Assembly (NCBI GenBank): GCA_964425555.1
Contig: CAYRNA010000001.1
Coordinates: 21,936-85,935, forward strand
Length of the DNA stretch: 64,000 bases
DNA from: an uncultured Spirochaetales bacterium
GTDB taxonomy: Bacteria > Spirochaetota > Spirochaetia > SP-2023 > CAYRNA01
Reading direction: 5' to 3'
The notes below the pieces were generated by a model. The model saw only the letters and a list, made by a program, of their open reading frames with translations, had not been told where the DNA came from and searched no databases. Of the stretch, positions 1 through 10,606 are shown piece by piece (position 1 is the stretch's first letter; each line of letters starts with the position of its first letter). The translations under genes were made by a program, and so were the position numbers.

Positions 1-2947
1 CATAAAGGCACAACTTGTTTTTGTAAGCGTAGAGCTGTTTTTCGGATACAAAATCAATGCAATAAAGCTCAGAATTATTGTCATTGAGAGCGTAAAATCC
101 GTCTATGCAGGCATTAATTTCTGTACCTTCATCCTCTTTATTCAAACGAATAGTCACGCTAGGAATATAATATTGCCTAGGTTTGCTCTGGTTTAAATGC
201 AAAGGAGGATTTTTTTGAACGAGCAATTGAATACGCTCTAAATCAGGAATTGGATGCTTCATCGTGGCTGGTGCATCTAATGTTTCTTTGAGTTCATTGA
301 TATTTTTTTGTATGAGTATGGGCGCTAGCTTAAAAATATCTTGTTCCTGAAAATGCTCCAACCATTTTTCCATGGTTTCATAATAGGGGAGTTTTTCTGT
401 ATAATTTTGCCAAAACTTTTGCTTTTCTTGATACATTTCTAAGCCGTTGAGCTGCATACTTTCGACATCTTCTTGGGCAAGAATTTCATCTTTTCGTGAA
501 TAAAGTTGTAACTGATTTTTTATTTCAAAAAGCGGATCTTGCCACAATTTAATAAGATTTTTTATAGGTATTTGTGCGGGTTTTTCCACGGGCCAAAACA
601 AGCTTGATTTCTTCGCATTGCTTGCGCTATATTTTTGCGATAAAGTTTGCGCATTGCGAAAGGCCACTTCATCATAATTAATGCCCAGAGTGGTATTTTC
701 TTCATTAAAATAGCTCTGTGAAAAGCTGTGTAAAGGATGAATTATCTGCCAATCTTCCAAGCTCATATCAAAAGCATCGACCAGCTGTTCCAAGAAAATA
801 CTGGGGTATTTTTGCTCGCCTTGAAGAGGATCTATACCCTTGTAAGAGAAAACGATCTTCTTCTGTGCCGAGAGACAAATTTCCAGAAAAGCTTGTTTTT
901 GGTTATTCTCTTGGTTTAAAGGAATGACGGAAGGAAGGAGTTCTCTGAGATCAAAATCTACTGTCTGCTCTATATGTGGATAAGATTCGTCCAAGCCCAT
1001 CATGTATATAAAATCAAATGAAATGCCTCTGAGCGCTTCTAAAGAGCCAACCAGAATGCCCTTTTCTTCGTAAGGATGCAGAGCTCCATTTCTAATTTGG
1101 GTCAACAAAAGATCTTTGAAAAAGTTGAAAGAAAATTTCTTATCTTCAAATTCTTGCAAGTTGTTGAGGTCATTGAGCAAGGCGACAAGATTTTTAAAAC
1201 CCGACTTAACAACTAAGCGATCCAATATTTCTGCATCATTATTGGGCTCGAGGTATTTTTCTAATAAAAATTCTAATCGCGCTATCCATTCTTCCAACTC
1301 CATTTTTTGAGTCTGCAGAGAATAAAAATCACGGTATAAATCTTCCAGCTGTTTGATGAAAACACCGATGAGATACCAGATTTGATCGGACTGAATATTG
1401 AGTAGTGGGGTATTTTCGCTATCCAATTGGTTGAGAATGCGCCTGATCCCCTCGTGCCAACTGTAAGGCATCATTTTTTTATCAATGTCAAAGCCCAAAG
1501 ATTTCAGATGCAAGAGATCGTAGCCCCAGTGTATTTTAAATTGCTCTGTAATCGTTGAAAATAGTTTGACTTCGTCGGGGCTGATATTGTGTTTTTTTTG
1601 CCAACACGGATTGTCCCATAATTTGAACAAATGTGAACGTTCAAAGCGAGAATCTACCAGCGCTAATAAATCATAGAAAGCTTGCTGAAAGTAGCCTTCT
1701 TTCTCTTTATCTTTTAAGATGTACAGTGGCAGAGCCATTTCTTGCGCATTATTTTGAGGGAAAATAAATTCAAAAAGGTGGATGTAATTTTCCATAGTGG
1801 GTGATACGAGGGCGATTTTATGCAGAGGAGTTTCTGGGTGAATCTTGAGCCACTGCAGTATGCTATTTTTGGCTATTTCAACTTCACGAACTGCAACAGA
1901 CGAGCAATGACAGATCAGACTTTCATCATTGCTGTTGTAGCTCAATTTAAAGGGGTGATTTTGTAAATTCAGCTGTAATTGTGCAAGATTACTGAGGTTT
2001 TCATTATTTGTTACAGCGATTTCATTTTCAGTGTCGTGGTAAATAATATCAGCATAAGAATTGAGTTTGCTGTGAAAGCCTTGAAAGAGGGCGCCCCATT
2101 GCTCAAAAAGGCTAGGACTTTCATTCAGAGCGTTGTTTTCTTCTGCATTAAGAGGGGATTTTTGCAATGTTTGTGGCGTTAAAATGAGGTGATGAATTTC
2201 GCAAAATTGACTGAGGTAATAGAAAAAATCTAGCGATACTTCGCCCAAAAATGTAGAGCCGACCAAGACTATTTTTTTTATTTGACCGCCATAGTCTGCC
2301 TGTTCTTCTTGCAGGCTTTGCAAAACTTGCCCCAATAACAGATAGTGTTCCTCGTGCATCAGTTCTTGCCACAAAGCACGTTGCCATTTTTCATGTTCCA
2401 AGAGCCAATCCTGATTTTCTAATTCAAGGTCGAGAGGCTCATCTTTTTCCCATATTTGCAATAATTTTAAGCAATTGAGACCATAGTAATGAAATAAGCG
2501 AGACAGTTCATTTGAGAGCGCTTTAAGCGATAAATTTAAGTCGTCATCCGTGCGTGCATTGGTTTTCTGTAGGTAGTGCCACAGGGCTTGAAGCTGGGGA
2601 TATTCTGCTTTTTGTTGGAATAAAATCTCTAGCTTTTTATATAAAATGACCTGCAAGGTATCTTGAAAAAGGAGAGTTTTTTGTTTGCCGTCGGCTAACT
2701 TTTTCCTCTCTATATAGCTGGGGAAATCATTGAGAAGCTGTCTTTGGGAATGCTCGGGGAGTTGAGGATTATAATTTAATAGGATGTGATTGTTGTGGCT
2801 GAGATTGGAGCCCAACCAGTTGGCTAGATTTTGATTTTGAACGATTAAGAGGTGTTCATTTTCTTTAAAAAACTCAGGAAGGAGCAGTTTATGATATTTT
2901 GTTACAAGCTCTTGTGAGTTGAATACGGAATAAACATTGTAGGACAC
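1..2947 (-). CDS. recC: Exodeoxyribonuclease V gamma subunit RecC, truncated at its 3' end by the window edge (about 982 codons present)
   Basis: Absent from the ORF track because it has no in-window stop. My translation of the minus strand from GTG at 2947 stays open to position 1. It gives (M)SYNVYSVFNSQELV...LLIVQNQNLANWL, KIVLVGSTFLGEVSLDFF, ICHCSSVAVREVEIAKNSILQWL, LRGISFDFIYMMGLDESYPH and AFLEICLSAQKKIVFSYKG. These are colinear with remembered E. coli RecC blocks (VYHSNRLDVL, ILVQSTGMAQWL, HVCHSPQREVEVLHDRLL, MRSIPFKVVCLLGMNDGVYPR, LFLEALISAQQKLYISYIG). The in-frame TAA at 2957-2959, which is the stop of the upstream gene, bounds the start. Confidence 0.85.
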   Translation of the reverse strand, partial: MSYNVYSVFNSQELVTKYHKLLLPEFFKENEHLLIVQNQNLANWLGSNLSHNNHILLNYNPQLPEHSQRQLLNDFPSYIERKKLADGKQKTLLFQDTLQVILYKKLEILFQQKAEYPQLQALWHYLQKTNARTDDDLNLSLKALSNELSRLFHYYGLNCLKLLQIWEKDEPLDLELENQDWLLEHEKWQRALWQELMHEEHYLLLGQVLQSLQEEQADYGGQIKKIVLVGSTFLGEVSLDFFYYLSQFCEIHHLILTPQTLQKSPLNAEENNALNESPSLFEQWGALFQGFHSKLNSYADIIYHDTENEIAVTNNENLSNLAQLQLNLQNHPFKLSYNSNDESLICHCSSVAVREVEIAKNSILQWLKIHPETPLHKIALVSPTMENYIHLFEFIFPQNNAQEMALPLYILKDKEKEGYFQQAFYDLLALVDSRFERSHLFKLWDNPCWQKKHNISPDEVKLFSTITEQFKIHWGYDLLHLKSLGFDIDKKMMPYSWHEGIRRILNQLDSENTPLLNIQSDQIWYLIGVFIKQLEDLYRDFYSLQTQKMELEEWIARLEFLLEKYLEPNNDAEILDRLVVKSGFKNLVALLNDLNNLQEFEDKKFSFNFFKDLLLTQIRNGALHPYEEKGILVGSLEALRGISFDFIYMMGLDESYPHIEQTVDFDLRELLPSVIPLNQENNQKQAFLEICLSAQKKIVFSYKGIDPLQGEQKYPSIFLEQLVDAFDMSLEDWQIIHPLHSFSQSYFNEENTTLGINYDEVAFRNAQTLSQKYSASNAKKSSLFWPVEKPAQIPIKNLIKLWQDPLFEIKNQLQLYSRKDEILAQEDVESMQLNGLEMYQEKQKFWQNYTEKLPYYETMEKWLEHFQEQDIFKLAPILIQKNINELKETLDAPATMKHPIPDLERIQLLVQKNPPLHLNQSKPRQYYIPSVTIRLNKEDEGTEINACIDGFYALNDNNSELYCIDFVSEKQLYAYKNKLCLY

Positions 2948-2956
2948 GAGTTTGAT

Positions 2957-3355
2957 TTATGACATTTTGAGGAGGCGTCTGTGTTCACGACTATATTTAT
3001 TCGATTTGAAGGTATCATTTTTAACGATGAGGTAGCAAAGCCAACTCGAAAGCACAAAAGAAATAATAATAAGTAGTATAAAAACAAGTCCTAGCCATCT
3101 TAAGAACCATTTTTTCAAGGCAACACCCAGATTACTTATCCATGATGTTTTACCATCCTTTTGAGCTAAGGGTTTATTCGTTTCATTCTGAATTTGTTCT
3201 GAAATAACTTTCTTTTCAATTTGGGTATTTTCCAGTTGAACCGCATCAGCTTCATCTTTAACAGTATTATCTTCATCTTTAATTGTCGTTTGACAAGTTG
3301 TTAAAAATATGAATGTACTAAAAAAAATTATACTGATTTGTATTTTTTGTGCCAT
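2957..3355 (-). CDS. Small predicted lipoprotein/membrane protein (signal peptide with Cys, acidic linker, C-terminal TM helix)
   Basis: The track ORF 2957..3409 is trimmed to the internal ATG at 3355, giving MAQKIQISIIFFSTFIFLTTCQ. This start sits directly after the stop (3357-3359) of the upstream gene. It has an LTTC lipobox-like motif and a C-terminal hydrophobic stretch WLGLVFILLIIISFVLSSWLCYLIV. I recognise no family. Confidence 0.45.
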   Translation of the reverse strand: MAQKIQISIIFFSTFIFLTTCQTTIKDEDNTVKDEADAVQLENTQIEKKVISEQIQNETNKPLAQKDGKTSWISNLGVALKKWFLRWLGLVFILLIIISFVLSSWLCYLIVKNDTFKSNKYSREHRRLLKMS

Positions 3356-3356
3356 T

Positions 3357-5408
3357 TTAAAACAGAGATAAGAGGGTGGATAAAAAGAACGGTGATCTAA
3401 AGATATCAAATTGTAGGGAACTCGTTTGCAAACTCACTCTCGCAGGTTTTTTGATGAGCCAACTGCCTTTAACAAGTGTACTGTCTGCACTGGCATTCAA
3501 GAGGGTATATTCTTCGCTTCTGTCTTTGACTGTATAGCTCATCATGGCTGGCTGATTCGGAGCATTTAGACTGACTTGATTATTCTGAGAGATTTGCTTT
3601 AATTGATCTAACTCAGATAAGAGCGTGTTAATTTGTTCCTTTCTTGACATAGACGCTGTTATTTGAGAAGCATAAAATTGGTCTGTAGAGACAATTTCTT
3701 GTCTCTTTCCTTGCTGTATGACAATGCCGTCTTCAACAACATCAACCACCTGTACGAGATCTGGTATCAGTGTTGAGAGTACGGTATCAATTTTTTTACT
3801 GACATCTATTCTTTCATCATAATAAGCATTCATAACAAACTGTTTATAAAAGCCCTGTGTGCCAACGTTGATCAAAAACACATTGTAAGTAATATACTCA
3901 GATAAATATTCAGGTTCCAACCAAACTAATAAGTCAGAATTATCTGCTTGTGCTTTGACTATGGCAGTTTCAATATTGGCAACCGCACCTGATTCAAGAG
4001 TGATATTATAATTATTACTGACATTAATGTAGTTATAACTATCTAATATGTCACTGGAGAAATCAATCAATAATTCTGGATGTATGGCTTCTAAGACAAT
4101 TCTGTCATTTTTTTTCACGTAGAAACTGACATTAATAGGGAAATCAGGAGCAAGGACAACAGGCAATTGGAGATCAAGCCAAGGCGTATTTTTTCGTTTA
4201 TTTTCATTGAGTCTCCAACGTCTTCGTTTCACTTTTTCAGTAGCTTGAACGCCATTCTTTTCTAACTCATCCCAGATATAAAGAGAAAAATCTGTATAGC
4301 CACTCTGGGCATAAATATCAGCGTATCTTTGCATGATATTGTTATCATAAGGGGCCAATCTTCGTGCAACTTTAGATTCTTTGATGGCGAGTTTGAGATT
4401 GCCCTGATTAACATAAGATTCACTCAGATCGAGGTGCATATTAGCCGTTACTAGTCGCTTGGGATTATCCATATTAGTAAATTTATTTAAAAAATAACCA
4501 TAGAACCAATTAAAATCATCTTCTGTTTTAAATTGGTTTTGTGTTTGTTCTAATACGTCTAAACCAAAATCGACCTGATCATTCGCTAAATAAGTATAAA
4601 AGAGTCCAAGTATGGTCTGTTCATTCGGCTGATAATTAAAAATACGTGTAAATAATTGTTGAGCTTCATCGTATTTGCCTTCTTTCAAGGCAATGAAAGC
4701 TAATTGTTCTAAATTATAAGCGACATTTTCATTCTGAATCAGTAATAATTTGTAATTACTGGCTGCTAAATCCAGACTATTTATTTCGTTATTATAATTG
4801 GCAAGCAGTTGATTCATCGTTCTATCATAGGGGGCAACTCTTGCTAATGTTTCTAGCGTTTCTTGTCGCCGTAAGCTATCTTCTTTCTTGAGTGAATACA
4901 AAATAGTCAACATTATAAGTATCTGCCTGTCATCAACAAAAATATTTTTAAGTTCTAATAGAATAATCTCTGCAGATCTCATTTTTCCTTGCAACATAAA
5001 AGATAAGGCACGCAGTTTATCGCCCACACCACTGTTGCTATAATTCACTAATAGCGCATTAATAATGGTATCGGCTACAGCATAATTTTGATTTGCAAGG
5101 TTAATTTTTGCGTGCAAGACATAAAGATCTATGGATGAGGCATTGGTGATAGGTACCATATTGATACTTGCTAGGGCAAGAGGGTATTGACCTGTCTTGT
5201 AATAGACATTGGCCAGTTCTAGCTTTGCTAAATTGAAATTGGGGTTCTGATAAATGGCCTGCTGTAAAGACGTGATGGCTTTGACATATTCTTTTTTATC
5301 AGAGAAACTTTGCGCCTGTTCCAGCAATGTACTATTACTGATTTCATTCTGTCCATATAAGTTGGATAAAGAGACTGAGAATAATAGGGCAAGCACTATG
5401 CTTAACAT
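3357..5408 (-). CDS. Secreted TPR-repeat protein, function unknown
   Basis: 683 aa. N-terminal signal-like MLSIVLALLFSVSLSNLYGQ. Repeated TPR-like A/Y/L patterns are present (KEYVKAITSLQQAIYQNPNF, LANVYYKTGQYPLALA, GKYDEAQQLFTRIFNYQPN). It is 12 nt downstream of corC in the same orientation. Confidence 0.55.
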   Translation of the reverse strand: MLSIVLALLFSVSLSNLYGQNEISNSTLLEQAQSFSDKKEYVKAITSLQQAIYQNPNFNLAKLELANVYYKTGQYPLALASINMVPITNASSIDLYVLHAKINLANQNYAVADTIINALLVNYSNSGVGDKLRALSFMLQGKMRSAEIILLELKNIFVDDRQILIMLTILYSLKKEDSLRRQETLETLARVAPYDRTMNQLLANYNNEINSLDLAASNYKLLLIQNENVAYNLEQLAFIALKEGKYDEAQQLFTRIFNYQPNEQTILGLFYTYLANDQVDFGLDVLEQTQNQFKTEDDFNWFYGYFLNKFTNMDNPKRLVTANMHLDLSESYVNQGNLKLAIKESKVARRLAPYDNNIMQRYADIYAQSGYTDFSLYIWDELEKNGVQATEKVKRRRWRLNENKRKNTPWLDLQLPVVLAPDFPINVSFYVKKNDRIVLEAIHPELLIDFSSDILDSYNYINVSNNYNITLESGAVANIETAIVKAQADNSDLLVWLEPEYLSEYITYNVFLINVGTQGFYKQFVMNAYYDERIDVSKKIDTVLSTLIPDLVQVVDVVEDGIVIQQGKRQEIVSTDQFYASQITASMSRKEQINTLLSELDQLKQISQNNQVSLNAPNQPAMMSYTVKDRSEEYTLLNASADSTLVKGSWLIKKPARVSLQTSSLQFDIFRSPFFLSTLLSLF

Positions 5409-5420
5409 AATTTGTAACCT

Positions 5421-6218
5421 CTAAGAGTTATTTTCAGAATATGTTTTTTCAACTAAAACACGAACTCGTTCAATTTTATTTCCATTCATAGACTGGATGA
5501 TGAAGACTAAGTTTTGGTATTCTATACGTTCAAATCGAGTAGGGATTTTGCCCAAAAGATCAAAGAGAAAACCACCGAGAGTTTCAACATCTTCATCAAT
5601 GTCTGTTCCTACAATTTCGTTGAAATCGTCTAAACTGACTCTTGCATCACAAAAAAATGCGTTTTCACCCGAACGGACAATTTCTTCTTCTTCTTCTTTG
5701 TCAAACTCGTCTTGTACATCGCCTATAATTTCTTCAACGATGTCTTCCATGGAAACTATGCCTGAAAATCCGCCGTATTCATCAACGGTAATGGCTATAT
5801 GTGTTTTTCTTTTTTTGAGTTCACGCAATAAAATATCGAGCTTAATACTTTCGGGAACGAAGTAGGGAGCGTGCAATAAATTGTTAAGATTGAGGTCTGC
5901 GTTCTTATAAAAGGCTTCAAAAAGATCTTTTACGTAGAGAACTCCGCTGAGATTATCTATGGTTTCGCTATAAACAGGCAAGCGAGAGAAACCCGATGCG
6001 ATGACGGTTTCCAATACCTCTTCCATAGGAGTGGTGTGGGGCAAGGCGGTGACATCGACGCGCGGAACCATGACCTCTTTGGCTGTTTTTTCTGACAAAC
6101 GCCTGACACCGTCTATCATATTATCTTGTTCTTTTTGTTCTAAATCGCTGAGTGGAGGCTCGTTCTGGCTTCGACTCAATAATGATTTCAATAAAATTTT
6201 TATTTTTCCATCACTCAT
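5421..6218 (-). CDS. corC: CBS-pair plus CorC/HlyC C-terminal domain protein (CorC/TlyC-type, soluble form)
   Basis: 265 aa. Typical pattern EVMVPRVDV...VIASGFSRLPVY...GVLYVKDL...HIAITVDEYGGFSGIVSMEDIVEEIIGDVQDEFD, followed by a transporter-associated domain. It overlaps the ybeY stop by 4 nt, in the classic ybeY-corC arrangement. Confidence 0.85.
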   Translation of the reverse strand: MSDGKIKILLKSLLSRSQNEPPLSDLEQKEQDNMIDGVRRLSEKTAKEVMVPRVDVTALPHTTPMEEVLETVIASGFSRLPVYSETIDNLSGVLYVKDLFEAFYKNADLNLNNLLHAPYFVPESIKLDILLRELKKRKTHIAITVDEYGGFSGIVSMEDIVEEIIGDVQDEFDKEEEEEIVRSGENAFFCDARVSLDDFNEIVGTDIDEDVETLGGFLFDLLGKIPTRFERIEYQNLVFIIQSMNGNKIERVRVLVEKTYSENNS

Positions 6219-6673
6219 TTTATTCTAATATTTTTCACTTTTTCTAATAATTCTTCTTGTTTGATTAACATCGGTTCTGTATTTTGATAACTTGCATGTG
6301 TATGTTTTTGCAAATGGAGCACACCATGGATAATGAGGCGCTTTATTTCATCTTCAAAGATGACATTGTGATTAATACAATTTTGTTTTACGGCAGGTAT
6401 ACTCAGATATAATTCACCTAAATGCACAAATTCACTTTCACCCTGCGGGAAATCATCTGAGTCGTATGTAAAACTAAGTATATCCGTTACTCCTTTTTTA
6501 TTCTTATAATTTTCATTGAGGTAGGTGATGAGCTCGTCCGTACATAATGTAATTTCTATTTCTTTGTTGCTTATATTTAATATAAGACATAATTTTTCCA
6601 ATAATTCTACAACGACACTTTCATTAAAATCGAGTTGAACATCATCCGTAGAGTTACAAATTATATTATTCAT
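6215..6673 (-). CDS. ybeY: rRNA maturation endoribonuclease YbeY
   Basis: 152 aa. The C-terminal metal-binding motif HGVLHLQKHTH matches the YbeY HGxLHLxGxDH signature. Genomic context with corC supports the call. Confidence 0.85.
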   Translation of the reverse strand: MNNIICNSTDDVQLDFNESVVVELLEKLCLILNISNKEIEITLCTDELITYLNENYKNKKGVTDILSFTYDSDDFPQGESEFVHLGELYLSIPAVKQNCINHNVIFEDEIKRLIIHGVLHLQKHTHASYQNTEPMLIKQEELLEKVKNIRIK

Positions 6674-6706
6674 AGAACATCATATTATACAATGTTTTCA
6701 ATCATA

Positions 6707-8803
6707 TTACTTTTCTTTTTGATCAGGATATTTAATACGTGAATGATGAAAGCTCGCAAGCCTTTCGGAAAATATTTTTTTTGCCAAGGCCAAATCTCTA
6801 AAGGTCATATCGCATTCATCGAGTTGATCTGAACGATAAATGTCGTTGAGCAGCTTTTCAATGAAATCTTCGAGGGTAGCGTAAGTTGGTTTTTCGAGTG
6901 AACGGGTAGCCGCTTCTACGCTATCGGCAAGCAACACTATGCCCGCTTCTATCGTCTGCGGTTTGGGGCCAGGATAAGCATAATCAATGAGGTTGACATT
7001 GCTGTTTTTTTCTTTTGCTTTTGCATAAAAAAATCGAATGACGCTGTCGCCGTGGTGCTGTTGAATTATTTTAATTAAATTATGGGGGAGCTTAATCTTA
7101 TTGGCTTTCTCAACACCCAGCTTGACGTGAGATTTAATGATGGCTGCTGATAAGTTGGGCTCTATGTCATTGTGCGGATTATGACCTTGCTGATTCTCTA
7201 TAAAATACTGGCTATTATCTATCTTGCCTATGTCATGATAATAGGAGGCGACACGACATAACAGCGAGTTTGCGCCTATGGCTTTGGCCAATTCTTCGGA
7301 TAAATTGGCGACTTGCAGAGAATGGGTGTAGGTACCCGGCGCTCTTTCGAGCAAATTGATCAGCACAGGCGAGTTGATGTTGGATAATTCTAACAATTTA
7401 AACGGTGTTGCCAAACGCAATAGGCTTTCTAATATGGGAAGCGATATGAAGATGACCATACTGACAACGGCAAAGATGATGACAATGTGATATATTTCTT
7501 TCAAAAAACCATCCGCTTGCGTAGGCACCAAAATCAAATAGAGCATTTCAGTAATAAAACTGACGATGAAGGCGTGTAACAAAATTTGCATGCGGGTGTG
7601 AACTTTATCCGAAAGGAGGACTATGCTCAAAAATAGACTGAAAAAATACAGTGCCTCGTTGATGTTAAAAACAGTGAAGAAAACAACAAGTATACCAATG
7701 AGGCTAAATAAAATGACATTTATGCGCTTAGGATAGACATAAAAAATAATCAACATAAATGATGTGAGGAAAAGTTTGTTGAGGTGGGGGTCGGGAATCA
7801 GCTCTCGACCGAGAACATAGAGCAATAAAGCAAAGCCGACAATGCTCATATTTTTTCTGGCAGATGTTGTTTTGACAAGGTAATTAGGCAGGAAAATTTT
7901 GGTGAAGACGCCATAAAGAAATATAATAGCGATAAGCCCCAATATCAATGGAAAAACAAAATCTAATTGCAACAGATCAAACAAAGACAAAGAGGCTATC
8001 ATCTGACTGTCATTACTTGATATTTGCCTATCTTTCTTCAAAAATCGGCTGTTTGCCGCGTATTCTATGCTATTTCTTGCTTCAATCTGCTGTCTAAATG
8101 ATGTACGAAGTTCTTTTGTCAGACTCGCATCATAATAGACATTGCTGTCAAGAAATATTTTGGCAAAATTGACAATAATGTCTCTATAGTCACTGCTAAT
8201 TTCTGGGAAAAGAACGAGCTTGTCTGTAATGATTTGACCCAAATTATCTTTCGTGATTAATTCATCTGCTTTGATTGTCTGATGTATGCCATCTTTGTTC
8301 AAAACGAAGTTTTGGCTTAGCGAGCGTGCCAGTTGATCTGAGGCAGGAAATATCCCTTGTGAAAGTAATTCTTTGAAGATAGTGAGTGAAATCTCTTGTA
8401 AAGAAATATCACCGTCAAAGGTATTCACGGTGTTAAGAAAATATTCTTCCAACGAATTGGGCTGAGCATTTTCCAATGAATTTAGAGGATTGCTACCATT
8501 ATAAAAGGTATAAATGGGGGGAATGTTGAGCTCGACAAAATCTTCATCAAAGAATAAATTTTCAGAATTTTGCCGTTTAAATACAAGCTTTTTGGGGGTG
8601 TAGAAATCATTCTTGACGATATCGCCTTCCTGATACGGCTTGACTTCAAAAATATATTGGAAGATTTCACTGAAATTCGTGACCGCAAGACTCAAAAAAA
8701 CGACGCTAAAAATTAAGACGCATCGAAAAACAAACTCATTGCGAATCTGTTTGCTTTTCATTAAATTAATGAAATTATTTAACCACGGAATATTCTTTGT
8801 CAT
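6707..8803 (-). CDS. 7TM-receptor/HD (HDIG) domain membrane phosphohydrolase, PgpH/YqfF-like
   Basis: 698 aa. It has an N-terminal TM helix and extracellular region, a multi-pass hydrophobic core, and a C-terminal HD domain with THSLQVANL...YYHDIGKI...QQHHG. Its position upstream of ybeY matches other bacteria. Confidence 0.8.
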   Translation of the reverse strand: MTKNIPWLNNFINLMKSKQIRNEFVFRCVLIFSVVFLSLAVTNFSEIFQYIFEVKPYQEGDIVKNDFYTPKKLVFKRQNSENLFFDEDFVELNIPPIYTFYNGSNPLNSLENAQPNSLEEYFLNTVNTFDGDISLQEISLTIFKELLSQGIFPASDQLARSLSQNFVLNKDGIHQTIKADELITKDNLGQIITDKLVLFPEISSDYRDIIVNFAKIFLDSNVYYDASLTKELRTSFRQQIEARNSIEYAANSRFLKKDRQISSNDSQMIASLSLFDLLQLDFVFPLILGLIAIIFLYGVFTKIFLPNYLVKTTSARKNMSIVGFALLLYVLGRELIPDPHLNKLFLTSFMLIIFYVYPKRINVILFSLIGILVVFFTVFNINEALYFFSLFLSIVLLSDKVHTRMQILLHAFIVSFITEMLYLILVPTQADGFLKEIYHIVIIFAVVSMVIFISLPILESLLRLATPFKLLELSNINSPVLINLLERAPGTYTHSLQVANLSEELAKAIGANSLLCRVASYYHDIGKIDNSQYFIENQQGHNPHNDIEPNLSAAIIKSHVKLGVEKANKIKLPHNLIKIIQQHHGDSVIRFFYAKAKEKNSNVNLIDYAYPGPKPQTIEAGIVLLADSVEAATRSLEKPTYATLEDFIEKLLNDIYRSDQLDECDMTFRDLALAKKIFSERLASFHHSRIKYPDQKEK

Positions 8804-8875
8804 CGTTTTCTTTTTCTAAAATTATAACCGAAAATATCAAAAAAAGCTAGCCTCTTTCAACAGTTCGCACTATTT

Positions 8876-10606
8876 TCACGATGTTGCTATCAAATTTATT
8901 TTTGTGTCACCCACGATTTCGACGAGTGCCTCTGTCGTATTCAGTCCACTTTCTAAGTAATGGGTGAGGAGCGGTAAAATGCTTTGCCAGAGAGCGCAAT
9001 GGCTGGAGCTCAAGCTTGCTGTAAACCTTTCGAGATTGGCAGATTCGTCGCTTTGTACAAAATTTCGCCATTGTTCAAGCAACTGCTCCAAAAGACTTTT
9101 ATACTCACGCCATTTTTTAGCTTTTATATGAAATTGTGGTAGTAAAAAATCGTCTAGATTGATCTTGTTGAGCGTGATTTCAAACGTGGGAATGAGTTCT
9201 TCGTGCGAAAAATCAATGCTGCAGCCCATTTTTTTGAGCAAGGCGTGCATTTCATGCCTATATTGTTGCTGCTTCGCTGTAATGATGTGTGCAATCCACT
9301 GCCCTTTTGGGTCAAGTCTGAGTTGTTGCTTATCCAATTGCGCTTCATAAAACTCAAACATTTGTTGTTCTAAGTTCAAAAATTTATTGCTCTGGGCTGT
9401 GAAATAGGGATAAAGATAGCTCTCTCTAGCGTAGGTTTGCGTCTTGTAATAAGCCATATCCATGCCATGAATCTTGACCTTTGGGGCGTTGAGATAATTG
9501 GCGAGGAGCAAAGCCGTATGCATCACACTTCCGCCAGAAACGACCTTGGACGAACGGTGAAAATACTGCATCAAAGGGTGAGGGCTGGTGAGAAAACCAT
9601 AGCGACCCATTTGCGCTAAGCTGCTTAAAAGGCTGGGTGTGATTCCCATATCGAGGCAAAAATAGGGCGATTGCGACGGCTTGTTTTTGAAGTTTTGGCG
9701 GGCATAAAGGTAGTGATGATAGCTGTACAATTGCGAGTCGATAGAAAGGACGATTTTTGGTATAATATTTTTTTGCACCAAGAGCGGATAAGCCGTATCA
9801 CTGCAAATAATATAGTCATCGGAACTCAGTTCGTTGACGCTCATTTCCAAGGAAGGCCCAGCGGCAATCAAGTGTATGATTTGCTGTGTGCACGGCGGCG
9901 GCGGACTGCTTTGAGCGACGTACTCCGACTGTAAATTAAGCAACATATTATTGTGCCAACGGGGAGCGAGTTTGGCCTGTGTTTGTAAATCGGTCTCAAT
10001 GCTTTTACAAATGCTCTGCAGTGTGCCTAATAATATGTGATAGGGATAAGGCTGGCATTCTTTTCTCGCTTCGTTGGGGAGAATGGCGACAGGACTGAGA
10101 AATAATGCAGGTGCGATTTCCGTTATACAACGAAATCCTTTCTCTATCAGCTCATTGATTTGGGGCGCAACGAGGACAATGAATTGAGATGAAGTGAGGC
10201 AATCACGAAAGTCATAGAGAGCCAATAAGCCCGATAAATAGTCAAGATCGTATTCTAATACTATCACCTTTTTGCCCGCTTTGAGCAGGCATTCCCACAA
10301 ATAAGGGGCTTGCCAACCGAGACATAAAATTGTATTGCTTTCGGCAAATTTGACAGAGCGTTGTTGAGCTTCTGCTACTGGATCAAAGCGCGAATTAAAC
10401 CACAATTGCTTATTTTCATAGACGACGTGCAAGCTCATACTGTCAGTATTTTTGCGACTTTTTGCTAACGAAAAATCCCATTTTGAGTTGGTGCTTTGGG
10501 GTAAAGTCAAGTCATCCCATGGCAAAGGCTGTTTGTTTTGGAATGCCTGAATATTGGCTCGCCACGTATTATTATCCTGAAGATCAGCCATCAGATTTGC
10601 TCGCAA
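8876..10606 (-). CDS. Motility accessory factor-like protein (Maf, DUF115/MptE-like glycosyltransferase family)
   Basis: 576 aa. The DUF115-type core is IHLIAAGPSLEMSVNEL...IICSDTAYPLLVQKNIIPKIVLSIDSQ. It is a paralogue of the adjacent ORF and of 40913..42535. The 5' end overlaps the upstream maf-like gene by 23 nt. Confidence 0.7.
   Translation of the reverse strand: MRANLMADLQDNNTWRANIQAFQNKQPLPWDDLTLPQSTNSKWDFSLAKSRKNTDSMSLHVVYENKQLWFNSRFDPVAEAQQRSVKFAESNTILCLGWQAPYLWECLLKAGKKVIVLEYDLDYLSGLLALYDFRDCLTSSQFIVLVAPQINELIEKGFRCITEIAPALFLSPVAILPNEARKECQPYPYHILLGTLQSICKSIETDLQTQAKLAPRWHNNMLLNLQSEYVAQSSPPPPCTQQIIHLIAAGPSLEMSVNELSSDDYIICSDTAYPLLVQKNIIPKIVLSIDSQLYSYHHYLYARQNFKNKPSQSPYFCLDMGITPSLLSSLAQMGRYGFLTSPHPLMQYFHRSSKVVSGGSVMHTALLLANYLNAPKVKIHGMDMAYYKTQTYARESYLYPYFTAQSNKFLNLEQQMFEFYEAQLDKQQLRLDPKGQWIAHIITAKQQQYRHEMHALLKKMGCSIDFSHEELIPTFEITLNKINLDDFLLPQFHIKAKKWREYKSLLEQLLEQWRNFVQSDESANLERFTASLSSSHCALWQSILPLLTHYLESGLNTTEALVEIVGDTKINLIATS

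Noticed and set aside
3356-3409. The 18-codon N-terminal extension of the small lipoprotein ORF, and likewise 16570..16677 for the GNAT gene.
   Set aside because: Both extensions overlap the 3' end of the upstream gene. Internal ATGs placed right after the upstream stop give sensible N-termini (a signal peptide; MSLFKNDDF).
5497-5865. 122-aa plus-strand ORF (and 6001..6228) inside corC, rich in Ser.
   Set aside because: It is antisense to a well-supported CBS/CorC gene and has a low-complexity, Ser-rich composition typical of antisense frames. It has no independent signals.
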